In this document: in pieces, positions 53,736-63,311 of the stretch | Layout of the letters: each line of letters begins with the position of its first letter | Position numbering within the stretch: the first letter of the stretch is position 1 | Assembly (NCBI GenBank): GCA_018052735.1 | Contig: JAGPMT010000004.1 | Coordinates: 96,558 to 160,557 of the forward strand | Origin: Phycisphaerae bacterium | GTDB lineage: Bacteria; Planctomycetota; Phycisphaerae; Sedimentisphaerales; Anaerohalosphaeraceae | Direction of reading: 5' to 3' | Length of the DNA: 64,000 nucleotides | Notes under the pieces: generated by a model | What the model was told of the DNA's origin: nothing | Seen by the model: the letters and a program-made list of their open reading frames with translations, nothing else | Database searches by the model: none | Position numbers and translations under genes: made by a program

Positions 53736-56700
53736 CTTCTTTCTGGCTTACTTTAGCAAGTTCCACAATTCTGCTTTGATTGGATTCAAAAAATCCCTTT
53801 TTCTTTAAGAACTGATACAAGAAAGAAATCCCAACCAAAATCAGCCCTGTCGTCAGAAAAGTAGCAATTCGGTATTCTGTTCCCAATACCCACATATCCA
53901 GATTAATTTTGCCCAGCAGGATAGCGAAAATTCCAAAGGAAAGATATCGAATCCAAGCCGACCTGACAACAAAGCCGATAACAAGCAAAAACGCAGCATA
54001 AAACGCCCACGAAACAGATATATACATGCGAGACAGGAATTTCCAGCTATCCAGCACCGGTGCCTGCATTCTAAAATACCAATAGATTTCTTCAGACAGC
54101 AGAATCCAAAGCAGTATCAGTGATGCCATAACAATAGCCGCCGGCAGGGGTCCGCCCTTCCCCCGTGAACATTTGACAAACCATGCACCCAGCAGCATTG
54201 CTGCGGCATAGAATACCGCAATGGCAAACGGAATATTTGCAAAAAGAATAAATGGCTTATAATAGACTTTATTGGCTGCAATTGCCGTAAATACTGCCCC
54301 GCCCAGAGCAGATAATATCCCGATGCGCTGAACAAAATCCCCGACCGGGGGAAGCGGCCGGGCCAGAAGGATCAGCATCGTTATTCCGCTCAATAGGATG
54401 CCGCCCAGCAACAAATTCGAATGTCCAGCAGTAGACGGCTCTATCTGCCAGCGGCAGTGTGCGTGCCATTCCAACCAGCAGCCGGCCGTCAGCAACAGAA
54501 CACCGGCGGCATAATAAATCTGGGCTGCAAGCCTGCTTTCCTCCAAAACAGCAGCTTTCATCCATCGCCATAGCACGTGCCCAGCCAGCAATCCGGCAGA
54601 CACAACGACCCATGCAACAAACGGCATATTAAATACAAATGTAAATGCACCATTTGCATGCAGCGGAAGTTGGCAGAACAGTCCGGCTGCCGAAAGCCCC
54701 GATGCGATTACTCCCAGTATTCGGATGGAGAATTTATTAAAATGAATCCCTGCCGCCAGCATGACCAATCCGTAGAACATCCAGGCCATCAATATCGAGA
54801 AATGCGCCCGCATCTTCCAGTCAACCACTGTCGGGCCGTACTGATTGCGGCAGTACCAATACATATAAAACTGTTCACTGATGACTGCAAAGATAAGAAG
54901 CAAGCCCAGCATAAACAATGCATCGGGCATTTGACGCTGGTGTGATTCAGAAGGAAGAGCTTTCCGGATTTGCCGGATGCTGAAATAAAACGAACCTATA
55001 AACACGCATGCTATTGCAAACGGAATGTTCAAAAACATCCTGAATTGGTCATAATAGACACCCATCATAGCCATCGCGGTAAAAATTGCTCCGGCCCCAG
55101 CAGTCAAAACGGCAGTCATTCGGACAAAATCGCCGTGGGGGCAGATTGGGCGAGTTGCAAAACCTATCAGTAAAATTGCTGCTACTATCATGACGCCCAT
55201 CAAAAAATAGGCCTGTCCCTGTTTGAGAAATTCGATATGCCAATCACAGTATGCATACCATTCCAGCACAGCACCAATTGCCAGCAGCAGGCGCCCCCAG
55301 ACAAAATATACCTGTGTCAGAAGGCGGCCCGCTTCATTTTGACCGGACGCCATAACACGCCAGAGTGCGTGGCATATCAGAATTGACACAGACACCCAAA
55401 TCCATGTTCCAAAGGGTGCATTGAAAACCAAACGAAAATCAGCATCTGGATGCAGCGGCAGATGATAGAACAAACCCGCTGAGGCAACCGCCGCAGTCAA
55501 AAATGCCATCCCCCTTGACCATAAACTGCTATAGCGGATACTGACAAAAGTAAGAACGATAGCCTCAACGGACCAGCCAACCAGTGACGGCTGTAAAGCA
55601 TCAAAATACAGCGGGATTGCCGCCGCTATAAATGCGCTGCCCAGCACCCCCAAAACAGCTTGCAGCCGGCCGTCGTCTCTGCACCGCAGCATCGCAAAGA
55701 CCAGAAGCACCAGATGCATCATGCCCCATGCGGCAGCTGCCAATCCCAGCTGCCCCTGATAATCGGCATAGAGCATCCGCCAAAGGTAATAAAATACCAC
55801 AGCACTATTCACCACAATCAGAATCACATCCTCTAACCGAGCTGCAACTTTCCGGGTCAGAGCATAAAGAACCGGCTGCACAAGATAAATGCATCCAAAT
55901 ACCCCCAACCAGAACAGGGCTGTCTGTATCTGGGCAGCTGTGTAAAACTTTTCAAACCATGCGGTATAAAGCAAATAGGTGCCGACCATTGCTATCCAAT
56001 TGACAGCCCTCCATCGGCGAACCAGTGCACAGCCCAGTGCCCCGCCGCTGAGCACTAAAATATAGCTGAAAAGCGGGATGGGAAGATTTCGACCGGTTGT
56101 GATTATAGCCGGCGACAAATAGCCGCCCAGCAATGAAAGGAAGGCAATAAACACTTCATTTAGAACAACAGCATATGTCATTGCCGAGCCGGTAATAATC
56201 ATCGACAAAGCAAATGCCCATTCAGTACCAAAAAGATGATAGACCCGGCTGCCGCTGAAAACGGCGGCATACAAAAGTGCAAAACCCAGTGCTGCAATGC
56301 CTTTGGCAACAATTTCATAACCGCGCCGGCGGGTCAGCTCGCCAATGATAATGGCCGCAATCCCGCCGACGGCTACCATACTAACCCGGGTTACAGGTCC
56401 AAAGAGCATCTTTTCATAGACATATTTGAGAAAAAATCCCACTCCTGCAATCACCAGAATTGTTCCCACGGCCAGCGCAATCGTCGTGCCGATTGTCAGT
56501 TCCCAGCCGCTCTTGCCTGCGGTCGGCACCGGCCTAATCTGTCCCAATCCAGTGTCTGTCGGTTTTGGCTGAGGCGCAGGCGCATAGGGCAATGAGGGCT
56601 TAACACCAAACTGATTAGACACTGGAGCCGAGACGTTTATCTCGGCAATTTGAACTGGCATCGGGGGCTGTGCCGGCGGAATTATCGGTTCTTCAACAGC

Positions 56701-56928
56701 CGGCTTTGCCGCAGTCCTGTCAACTGCTGCCTGACCGCTCCAGACCGGGTCTTTGGGTACAGCCGGCATTGACAGACCTCTGTGTTCAGTCTTACCCTCC
56801 AATCGATTCAGCCGCTGCTGAATGCTGCTGATTTTATTAAACAGAACAATGGCAAGAATAATTGCAACCGGTCCGGCAGCAGCTAATCCTATTCCCAGAA
56901 AAACCAGCAGTACAGCAAAAAATTCCAT
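53728..56928 (-). CDS. DUF2339-type giant polytopic membrane protein
   Basis: 1066 aa. N-terminal TM plus short coiled coil (NKISSIQQRLNRLEGK), a Pro-rich linker, then more than 30 hydrophobic helices with an internal ~265-aa duplication. Confidence 0.7.
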   Translation of the reverse strand: MEFFAVLLVFLGIGLAAAGPVAIILAIVLFNKISSIQQRLNRLEGKTEHRGLSMPAVPKDPVWSGQAAVDRTAAKPAVEEPIIPPAQPPMPVQIAEINVSAPVSNQFGVKPSLPYAPAPQPKPTDTGLGQIRPVPTAGKSGWELTIGTTIALAVGTILVIAGVGFFLKYVYEKMLFGPVTRVSMVAVGGIAAIIIGELTRRRGYEIVAKGIAALGFALLYAAVFSGSRVYHLFGTEWAFALSMIITGSAMTYAVVLNEVFIAFLSLLGGYLSPAIITTGRNLPIPLFSYILVLSGGALGCALVRRWRAVNWIAMVGTYLLYTAWFEKFYTAAQIQTALFWLGVFGCIYLVQPVLYALTRKVAARLEDVILIVVNSAVVFYYLWRMLYADYQGQLGLAAAAWGMMHLVLLVFAMLRCRDDGRLQAVLGVLGSAFIAAAIPLYFDALQPSLVGWSVEAIVLTFVSIRYSSLWSRGMAFLTAAVASAGLFYHLPLHPDADFRLVFNAPFGTWIWVSVSILICHALWRVMASGQNEAGRLLTQVYFVWGRLLLAIGAVLEWYAYCDWHIEFLKQGQAYFLMGVMIVAAILLIGFATRPICPHGDFVRMTAVLTAGAGAIFTAMAMMGVYYDQFRMFLNIPFAIACVFIGSFYFSIRQIRKALPSESHQRQMPDALFMLGLLLIFAVISEQFYMYWYCRNQYGPTVVDWKMRAHFSILMAWMFYGLVMLAAGIHFNKFSIRILGVIASGLSAAGLFCQLPLHANGAFTFVFNMPFVAWVVVSAGLLAGHVLWRWMKAAVLEESRLAAQIYYAAGVLLLTAGCWLEWHAHCRWQIEPSTAGHSNLLLGGILLSGITMLILLARPLPPVGDFVQRIGILSALGGAVFTAIAANKVYYKPFILFANIPFAIAVFYAAAMLLGAWFVKCSRGKGGPLPAAIVMASLILLWILLSEEIYWYFRMQAPVLDSWKFLSRMYISVSWAFYAAFLLVIGFVVRSAWIRYLSFGIFAILLGKINLDMWVLGTEYRIATFLTTGLILVGISFLYQFLKKKGFFESNQSRIVELAKVSQKEGV

Positions 56929-56976
56929 ATTTTTTGCCCTTTAAAGTTATTTTTTAAGAAGAAAATCTGTATCTTT

Positions 56977-59900
56977 TCAGCTTTCTGATTTCTGCATCTG
57001 AATATATTTTTCAGCTGTCTGGCGAAGCTTTATCATATCCAGCTTGCCGGAACCAAGATGCGGGATTTCATCGATGCCGATAAGGTTCTCCCGTTTGGGG
57101 ATATACAGTTTCGGCAGACTGCTCTCTGTCAGAACAGCATATAGTTTATCGCCGTCAACTTTTCGTTTATCATATAAAATAACAAGCTGTTCACCTTTTT
57201 TTTCATCCGGAAGACTGGTTACGGCCAAAACCGACTCATGAAAACCCAGCTTTTCCATCGCCGTTTCTTCAATGGTCAGATGGGGTACCATTTCACCGCC
57301 GATTTTGCTGAATCGGCTCAGGCGGTCATGAATGGTTACGAATCCGTCTTCATCGATGCTGACAATATCGCCGGTATTATACCAGCCGTCTTTAAGGACC
57401 TGCCGGGTTATTTCCGGCTGCTTCAAGTAGCCCTTCATCACATTGGGCCCTTTGACAAAAAGCAATCCGGGTTGTCCCAGTTCGACGGGCCGGCCTGTTT
57501 CAACATCCAATACTTTGACAGCCAATCCGGGAATTGTATGCCCCACTGTTCCTTCTTTGGTGCCGATTTGCCGTACACCGTCAATTTCAACATCGGGTAT
57601 ATTGAATGCGATCAAAGGGGAACATTCCGTTGCTCCATATCCTTCACAGGGCCGAATTCCGAATTTTTCCTCAAAAGCATCTATCAGCTTAGTCTTGAGC
57701 TTCTCGGCTCCTGCCACAATAAAACGGATAGTTTTGAAATCTTCCGGACGGCAGCGGCACAGATAATTGAGCAGAAACGTCGGCGTAGCGAAAAGCAAGG
57801 TTGCCTTTTCAGCCGCAATCGTTTCGCCTACGAGTTTTCCATCCAGCGGATTGGACACAAAACAAGCCGGTACCCCTGCAATCAAAGGCAGCCACAGGGT
57901 ACAAGTTAGACCAAATGAATGAAAGAACGGCAGCACGCCGCACAATTTATCGCTTTTAAATATCTTAAATACCGTCAAAGCACACTCAATATCGGACTGG
58001 ATATTACAATGGGTTAATTCCACCCCTTTCGGCCTGCCTGAACTGCCGGAGGAAAACAGAATCACGGCAGTCTCATCGGCGCTGAAATTTCGGGGAATTC
58101 GTGCCAGTTTGTCAGCAGGCCAGAAACGCGCCTTCAGAAATGCCTTGCGTTTATCTCCGTCTGAGACAGCCGCCAGCAGGTCTTCGATAAAAAGCACGCC
58201 CGGCAGCGTGTCAGCCCTGAAGCCGAGTTTATCTAAAAATGTCCGGCTGGTAAGTACCGTTTTAATTTCGGCGGTTTCCACCATGCAAGCCCGGTCGCTG
58301 TCGGAGGCGGTATAGGACAAGTTGACAACTGTTTTATTCAGCAGCGCAGCCGCATAATTGGCCAAAGCCCCTGCAACAGAAGGCGGCAGAAAAATCCCAA
58401 GATTTCTTTGGCCAGCGGTTAGAGTCTCAATTTTATCAGCCAGCGCTGCAGCGGCAATAAGCGTCCTGCCGAATGTCAGCCGTTTTCCAGCCGTATCAGA
58501 TAGGCACGGCTGATTCCAGCGTTTCCGAGCGGCTTGTATCAGTGTCTGTCCTAAGCTGTGCTGATTAGAATATCTGCTGCTGAAATAATCCACAGATAAT
58601 TCCTCAATCGCCCAGCGGATATCGCGCACCGAGGACTCAGACGGCATCGGGCGACCAAAATGGACACAAACCGGACACGGCAGCCGCTGCGGCCACGCAC
58701 TCATCAATCGTCCGTGGTAATGGCTTAAGATACTGCCCCACAGGCCGCCCAGATATGTCGGAATAACAGGATAATCGGTATCTCTGACAATTTTCTCAAA
58801 ACCGGCATGGAACCGTCCCAGCATTCCTGTCCGCGTAAGCATCCCTTCGGCAAAGATACAGACCAGATATCCTTCCTCCAACGCCTGTCGGGCCTGCCTT
58901 ATGGCACTGATAATCTGTTTGGGCTCTTGGCTGATTGGAATCATCCGCCCCAGCCGGAACACCCATCCCAGCCAAGGATTACTGTAAATTGTCTTGTCCA
59001 TCACAAAGCGAATACGCCGCTGCTGGGTAGCCATCAGAACAACGGCATCGGCCCATGACACATGGTTGGAAACGATCAGTGCAGGTCCCTCCATTGGAAT
59101 ATTTTCCATGCCAACGACCCGTATGCGATAGATAAGCCGTGTAATGAGCACAACGATCAGCCGTATCAGGAAATCGGGCATAATCATAACTGCCGCAACA
59201 GCTAATAGAAAGGTCAAAATCCCCCACACAAGAAACATCCATCGCGGCGGCACACCGAGATTTCCGCAGACAAATTTGACCAGCAAGGCCGCCAACAGAA
59301 CACCCACCCAGCCCAGAAAACTGGAAGCCGCCAGCACCCGCCCGCGAATGGATACCGGTGTTCGAATCTGAATAAATGAATGAATTGATACAATATAAAG
59401 GCCGCAGCTGATGCCCATCAGAAATGTCAGAATAAAAACACTCCACCGTGGATTCTCAAGAATAGGCGTTGGGACTGCTCCGCCGGCGGGGGAAACCATT
59501 CCCAAGCCGATAGAAGATGCTGCCATACCGATTGCCCCCAAAGGCACAATCCCCATTTCCACCGTACGCCCGCTGAGCTTTCCGGCCAGCCAGCAGCCAA
59601 TGCCGATGCCGACAGCCGCCATCACAAACAAAAAGCCGCTGTCTATATCACTGTAGCCGCAGACTTCCATCCCATAGGGTATTAGATTAATTTTGGCAAA
59701 CCCGCCAATCAGCATAAAATAAGCGCTGGCCCATATCGTCAGCATGAGCTGGCGGTCGCCTCTAACTTGCTGAAGCGTGCTCCATACATCTTTGACAAAC
59801 AGCAGCGATGCCTGCGACTTTTCACCGGCTGGTTTTGTTTTGGCTATGCGGGTGCTGGTTAAAAAACCCGCCGCAGCAACAGCCACACAAGCCAATCCTG

Positions 59901-60423
59901 CCAAAGCAAAATTGCGGCCGCTGAGCTTTGCCAGAATCGGTCCGGCGGCAGCACCGATAACAATAGACAGATATGTCATGCTTTCCAGATAACTGTTGGC
60001 CCGAGCGATATGATCCCTATGGACCAACTCAGGAATAATACCGTACTTACAGGGTCCGAAAAATGCGCTCTGGGTGCACATCAAAAACAAGACAGCCCAA
60101 ATCCCCATCGGAAAATTGTAGTAGAATACCACACAGCCCAGTATCATAATCACCAGTTCGGCGGCCTTTGCCAGCACGATAATGTTGCGTTTGCTGAATC
60201 GATCAGCCAGTACGCCGGCAGCCGGCACAAACAGCAAAAACGGTACAACAAAAATAATGCCGGCCATCGCATTGATATCTGCCTTTTTATCTGCTCCCAG
60301 CAGGCCTATTAAAAAAAATATCATCAGACCCTGAAAAATATTGTCATTGAGAGCGCCCAAAAACTGAGTGGCGTTGTGCCAGTCAAATGAACGGCTTAAT
60401 TTCATTGATTGTTCTGTATCCAA
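56977..60423 (-). CDS. aas: Triple fusion: MFS lysophospholipid transporter (LplT-like) - PlsC-type acyltransferase - AMP-forming acyl-ACP/CoA synthetase (Aas-like)
   Basis: An ~400-aa MFS region, the HX4D motif SNHVSWAD, the AMP-binding motif ILFSSGSSGRPKGV, and GYGATECS. The start is TTG 60423 or ATG 60405. Confidence 0.8.
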   Translation of the reverse strand: MDTEQSMKLSRSFDWHNATQFLGALNDNIFQGLMIFFLIGLLGADKKADINAMAGIIFVVPFLLFVPAAGVLADRFSKRNIIVLAKAAELVIMILGCVVFYYNFPMGIWAVLFLMCTQSAFFGPCKYGIIPELVHRDHIARANSYLESMTYLSIVIGAAAGPILAKLSGRNFALAGLACVAVAAAGFLTSTRIAKTKPAGEKSQASLLFVKDVWSTLQQVRGDRQLMLTIWASAYFMLIGGFAKINLIPYGMEVCGYSDIDSGFLFVMAAVGIGIGCWLAGKLSGRTVEMGIVPLGAIGMAASSIGLGMVSPAGGAVPTPILENPRWSVFILTFLMGISCGLYIVSIHSFIQIRTPVSIRGRVLAASSFLGWVGVLLAALLVKFVCGNLGVPPRWMFLVWGILTFLLAVAAVMIMPDFLIRLIVVLITRLIYRIRVVGMENIPMEGPALIVSNHVSWADAVVLMATQQRRIRFVMDKTIYSNPWLGWVFRLGRMIPISQEPKQIISAIRQARQALEEGYLVCIFAEGMLTRTGMLGRFHAGFEKIVRDTDYPVIPTYLGGLWGSILSHYHGRLMSAWPQRLPCPVCVHFGRPMPSESSVRDIRWAIEELSVDYFSSRYSNQHSLGQTLIQAARKRWNQPCLSDTAGKRLTFGRTLIAAAALADKIETLTAGQRNLGIFLPPSVAGALANYAAALLNKTVVNLSYTASDSDRACMVETAEIKTVLTSRTFLDKLGFRADTLPGVLFIEDLLAAVSDGDKRKAFLKARFWPADKLARIPRNFSADETAVILFSSGSSGRPKGVELTHCNIQSDIECALTVFKIFKSDKLCGVLPFFHSFGLTCTLWLPLIAGVPACFVSNPLDGKLVGETIAAEKATLLFATPTFLLNYLCRCRPEDFKTIRFIVAGAEKLKTKLIDAFEEKFGIRPCEGYGATECSPLIAFNIPDVEIDGVRQIGTKEGTVGHTIPGLAVKVLDVETGRPVELGQPGLLFVKGPNVMKGYLKQPEITRQVLKDGWYNTGDIVSIDEDGFVTIHDRLSRFSKIGGEMVPHLTIEETAMEKLGFHESVLAVTSLPDEKKGEQLVILYDKRKVDGDKLYAVLTESSLPKLYIPKRENLIGIDEIPHLGSGKLDMIKLRQTAEKYIQMQKSES

Positions 60424-60536
60424 GGCCTTACCCTGATTTACGAAATAACCAAATTTGCAGATATTTTTTGTGTATTTTAAGCTGATTTAATCCAATTTTC
60501 ACCTTCTAAATTTGACATATTTCCCAATCACCGCAT

Positions 60537-61616
60537 CTATATTCCCATTTCTGCGCCGCAGTGTTCACAGTACGGCAGAAGGATATGACGGATGCCGCCG
60601 CAACTGGCGCATTTGTCATATAATTTTGTACCGCAGGAGGGGCAAATATAGGGTTCCTGCTGCGCTGCCGCCGGTTGTCCGAACAGAGCATGTTCTTTCT
60701 TGCCAAAAGCACCGATATAACGAAGCGGCCCCGTTCGAATAGGCTTGCTGCAAACGGGGCAGATGCATTTGTCATAATGCTGCTGATACTGCTTGACAAG
60801 CAAATCTTTCTTCGGCGCAGCTATCATACGGATTAAATAAATGAGAATCCTTATCACAATTGCCGTTACAACAGCCCAAGCAATATATTTAAAATATCGG
60901 GTGGGGAAATATTCATGTGCTACGAGGGCAATTTTGACAAATGCCGCCAGAAACACAGCCCATACCAGCGGCCAATAGGCACTGATTCGGTATTTCATAA
61001 AGAAAAAGGAAGCTGCCAGAAAAATCGGCACCAGAAACGCCAGCTTCAATACGGCTGTCTTGAGCCAATGCCGCCGGCAGGCTTCTTGAAAGTCTTTCTG
61101 TGCCTCCTGCTCTTGGGCTTTTATAGTCTCATTCACAGCTTTCAGCGCATCTTCTTGTTCCCGCTTTTGCCGGGTCAGCTCGGCGATCTCCCTGCTGTAT
61201 TCCTGATTTTTTTCCTGATTTTTCAAAAATGCAGCCTGGCTTTCTTGGAGGGTTTGAATGCTTTTTTCCGAAAACACAAGATTTTTCGCTACGCTTTCTT
61301 TCTGAATAGAAAGCAGCTGGTTAATCGTATTCTGCAGATTATTTGTGGCGCTGTTCAAAAGCTGCTGTTGTTCGGACTGCACTTGTATCTTGCGTTGAAG
61401 AGCATCGACTTCACTGCTCAGCGATTTCTGCTTTTCGTCCAGTTCCGCTGCCACGTGCCGGCTCCGGATAACTTGCCAGTCGGGCCCTGCCATCGTGCCA
61501 ATGTCATCTTCGATAAAGCATAAAAACCAGTAAAACAGTACACCTAAAACAACTCCCAGCACAACAACTGAAAACCGCAGTCCCCAGGATCCTTTTGTTT
61601 TCCGTTTCGTTTCCAT
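60537..61616 (-). CDS. Membrane protein with long coiled coil and C-terminal multi-Cys zinc-ribbon region
   Basis: Start at ATG 61616 (METKRKTKGSWGLRFSVVVLGVVLGVLFYWF). A ~170-aa heptad-rich Q/E/K segment, three further TMs, then CPVC..CPSC..CASC..CEHC. Confidence 0.55.
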   Translation of the reverse strand: METKRKTKGSWGLRFSVVVLGVVLGVLFYWFLCFIEDDIGTMAGPDWQVIRSRHVAAELDEKQKSLSSEVDALQRKIQVQSEQQQLLNSATNNLQNTINQLLSIQKESVAKNLVFSEKSIQTLQESQAAFLKNQEKNQEYSREIAELTRQKREQEDALKAVNETIKAQEQEAQKDFQEACRRHWLKTAVLKLAFLVPIFLAASFFFMKYRISAYWPLVWAVFLAAFVKIALVAHEYFPTRYFKYIAWAVVTAIVIRILIYLIRMIAAPKKDLLVKQYQQHYDKCICPVCSKPIRTGPLRYIGAFGKKEHALFGQPAAAQQEPYICPSCGTKLYDKCASCGGIRHILLPYCEHCGAEMGI

Positions 61617-61659
61617 AACCTGTTCTCCTGTATTGTATTTAATATAGCTGTTGTTCTCA

Positions 61660-62628
61660 CTATGCCAATTGGTCTTGAAAATACTTCCCGATAAGGGCCA
61701 GCGCCTGCTGTCGGTATTCAGCCGCTTCATTGAACAGCTCATGGTTGGCGCCGGCAATCATTTCGATACGGACATTGGGAAATTTCCGGCTGAGCAGATT
61801 CAGATTGTATTTCCACTCCACCGTGCCGTCTTTGTCGCCCTGCAAAACCAGAACTTCCCTGTCGCAGGGATTCATGGATTCAATTTGATCATTCCAGTCG
61901 AAAAGGGCTTTGACCCATTTAAGAGACAGGTGTTTGGCGTGCAGATAGTCTTGCGTTTTATTGAAAACCAAAAAGTCCTTATCCGAGGAATTTTTACGGT
62001 GAAAACGTGCAATTTTGTCCGTAAAGGCGCTGTATATTTTATACGTTCCCTTAGACTGTTCATAAGCCGTCCAATGGATCAGGGGAGCGGCAAGGACAAT
62101 TTTTCCCAAGTCTCCTTCGGATTTTTCCAGCATCATCTCTGTAAGAATCGCCGCACCAGTACTGAAACCGACAGCATAAAACGGTCCGATTAAATACCCT
62201 TTCACAAGTTTTAGAAAATCCTGTGCAGTTTGGACATACTGATCAAAAGATTCGATCGCTGCGGCTGGGCCGGATGACAGACCGTGGCCGGGCAGGTCAT
62301 AGACGGCGGCAGCAAATCCCTTATCCAGAAGAAACCGAATCAAATGCCGGAATTGTCCGCTGTGATTGAGATAGCCGTGCAGCAAGACCGCCGTCGCGAT
62401 ATAGTTGGACGGCTCATACAGATGCGCCGCTAAGGTAAAACCGGCAGATTCAAACGAGCCGAACAAATGCCTTGCCTCACACCAGTCGCCATCCAGACCG
62501 TAATGGGCAAAATAATCCACAACCGCCGACGGATACATAGCCGGATCGACCTTATGCATCGGCTCAACAGTAAATGGCTTGGACAACGTCGTGGTCTCCC
62601 GATTCATTGTCTCTTGTTGTTCTACCAC
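61660..62628 (-). CDS. Alpha/beta-hydrolase, lysophospholipase / monoacylglycerol-lipase-like
   Basis: LLHGYLNHSGQF (oxyanion region), GFSTGAA nucleophile elbow, LQGDKDGTV, and GANHELFNE (catalytic His). The start is GTG 62628 or ATG 62607. Confidence 0.7.
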   Translation of the reverse strand: MVEQQETMNRETTTLSKPFTVEPMHKVDPAMYPSAVVDYFAHYGLDGDWCEARHLFGSFESAGFTLAAHLYEPSNYIATAVLLHGYLNHSGQFRHLIRFLLDKGFAAAVYDLPGHGLSSGPAAAIESFDQYVQTAQDFLKLVKGYLIGPFYAVGFSTGAAILTEMMLEKSEGDLGKIVLAAPLIHWTAYEQSKGTYKIYSAFTDKIARFHRKNSSDKDFLVFNKTQDYLHAKHLSLKWVKALFDWNDQIESMNPCDREVLVLQGDKDGTVEWKYNLNLLSRKFPNVRIEMIAGANHELFNEAAEYRQQALALIGKYFQDQLA

Positions 62629-62703
62629 TTGTACTACAACACCTCACAAAAAGCAACTACTCATTCTTTGCGGCAACAATCCTTCCTTTTCTGATGAATT
62701 TTT

Positions 62704-63264
62704 CTAAAAATTCGGATTTTCTCTTTCGAGACGCTCGATTTCTTCAGCACTGATCGGTTTGTGGTCCTTCAACTGGCCTATCCATTCATACGCCTTTGGA
62801 CGGGGATTAAACAGCTTCGCCAGTTCCATTGTTACATCCACAACGTCCGCATCGTCTGCCAGATAATCGCATTCCCACTTGCTGACAATAACATCCACAC
62901 CGGCGGCCTTAGCAGCGGCCGGAATCTGCTGCTTGATGCACTCAAAACATTCATGAACCGGCGCTGTCCCAAAGCCCTGCTGGTGGGCTCTTGCCTGGTG
63001 CTGCCGGCCCCATGCTTCCAATTCTTTGACCTTGTTGGAAACGTTGTCTTTTTTTGCCTGTTCCAGTGCTAGACGTTTTTCCGCGAGGATTTTATCAAAA
63101 TGCTCTGAATTCATATATGCAACCGCAATCCCCCGGCTGTCATAGACACCGACCCGCAGCAGTGTCTTTTTTTCCGCGCCGTTCACCGGCTGAACCGAGC
63201 TAAACAGATACATCGCTCCGAGCGATAACACAACCAATCCTAAACCCATCATTTTGCGTTTCAT
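62704..63264 (-). CDS. Secreted protein of unknown function
   Basis: ATG 63264 is preceded by AAGGAAAGG. Signal MKRKMMGLGLVVLSLGAMYLFSSVQPVNGA. The longer TTG-initiated track ORF was rejected. Confidence 0.5.
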   Translation of the reverse strand: MKRKMMGLGLVVLSLGAMYLFSSVQPVNGAEKKTLLRVGVYDSRGIAVAYMNSEHFDKILAEKRLALEQAKKDNVSNKVKELEAWGRQHQARAHQQGFGTAPVHECFECIKQQIPAAAKAAGVDVIVSKWECDYLADDADVVDVTMELAKLFNPRPKAYEWIGQLKDHKPISAEEIERLERENPNF

Positions 63265-63311
63265 TTCAACCTTTCCTTTCGTTTTCATAGTTATCTTTTC
63301 TATATCGACTT

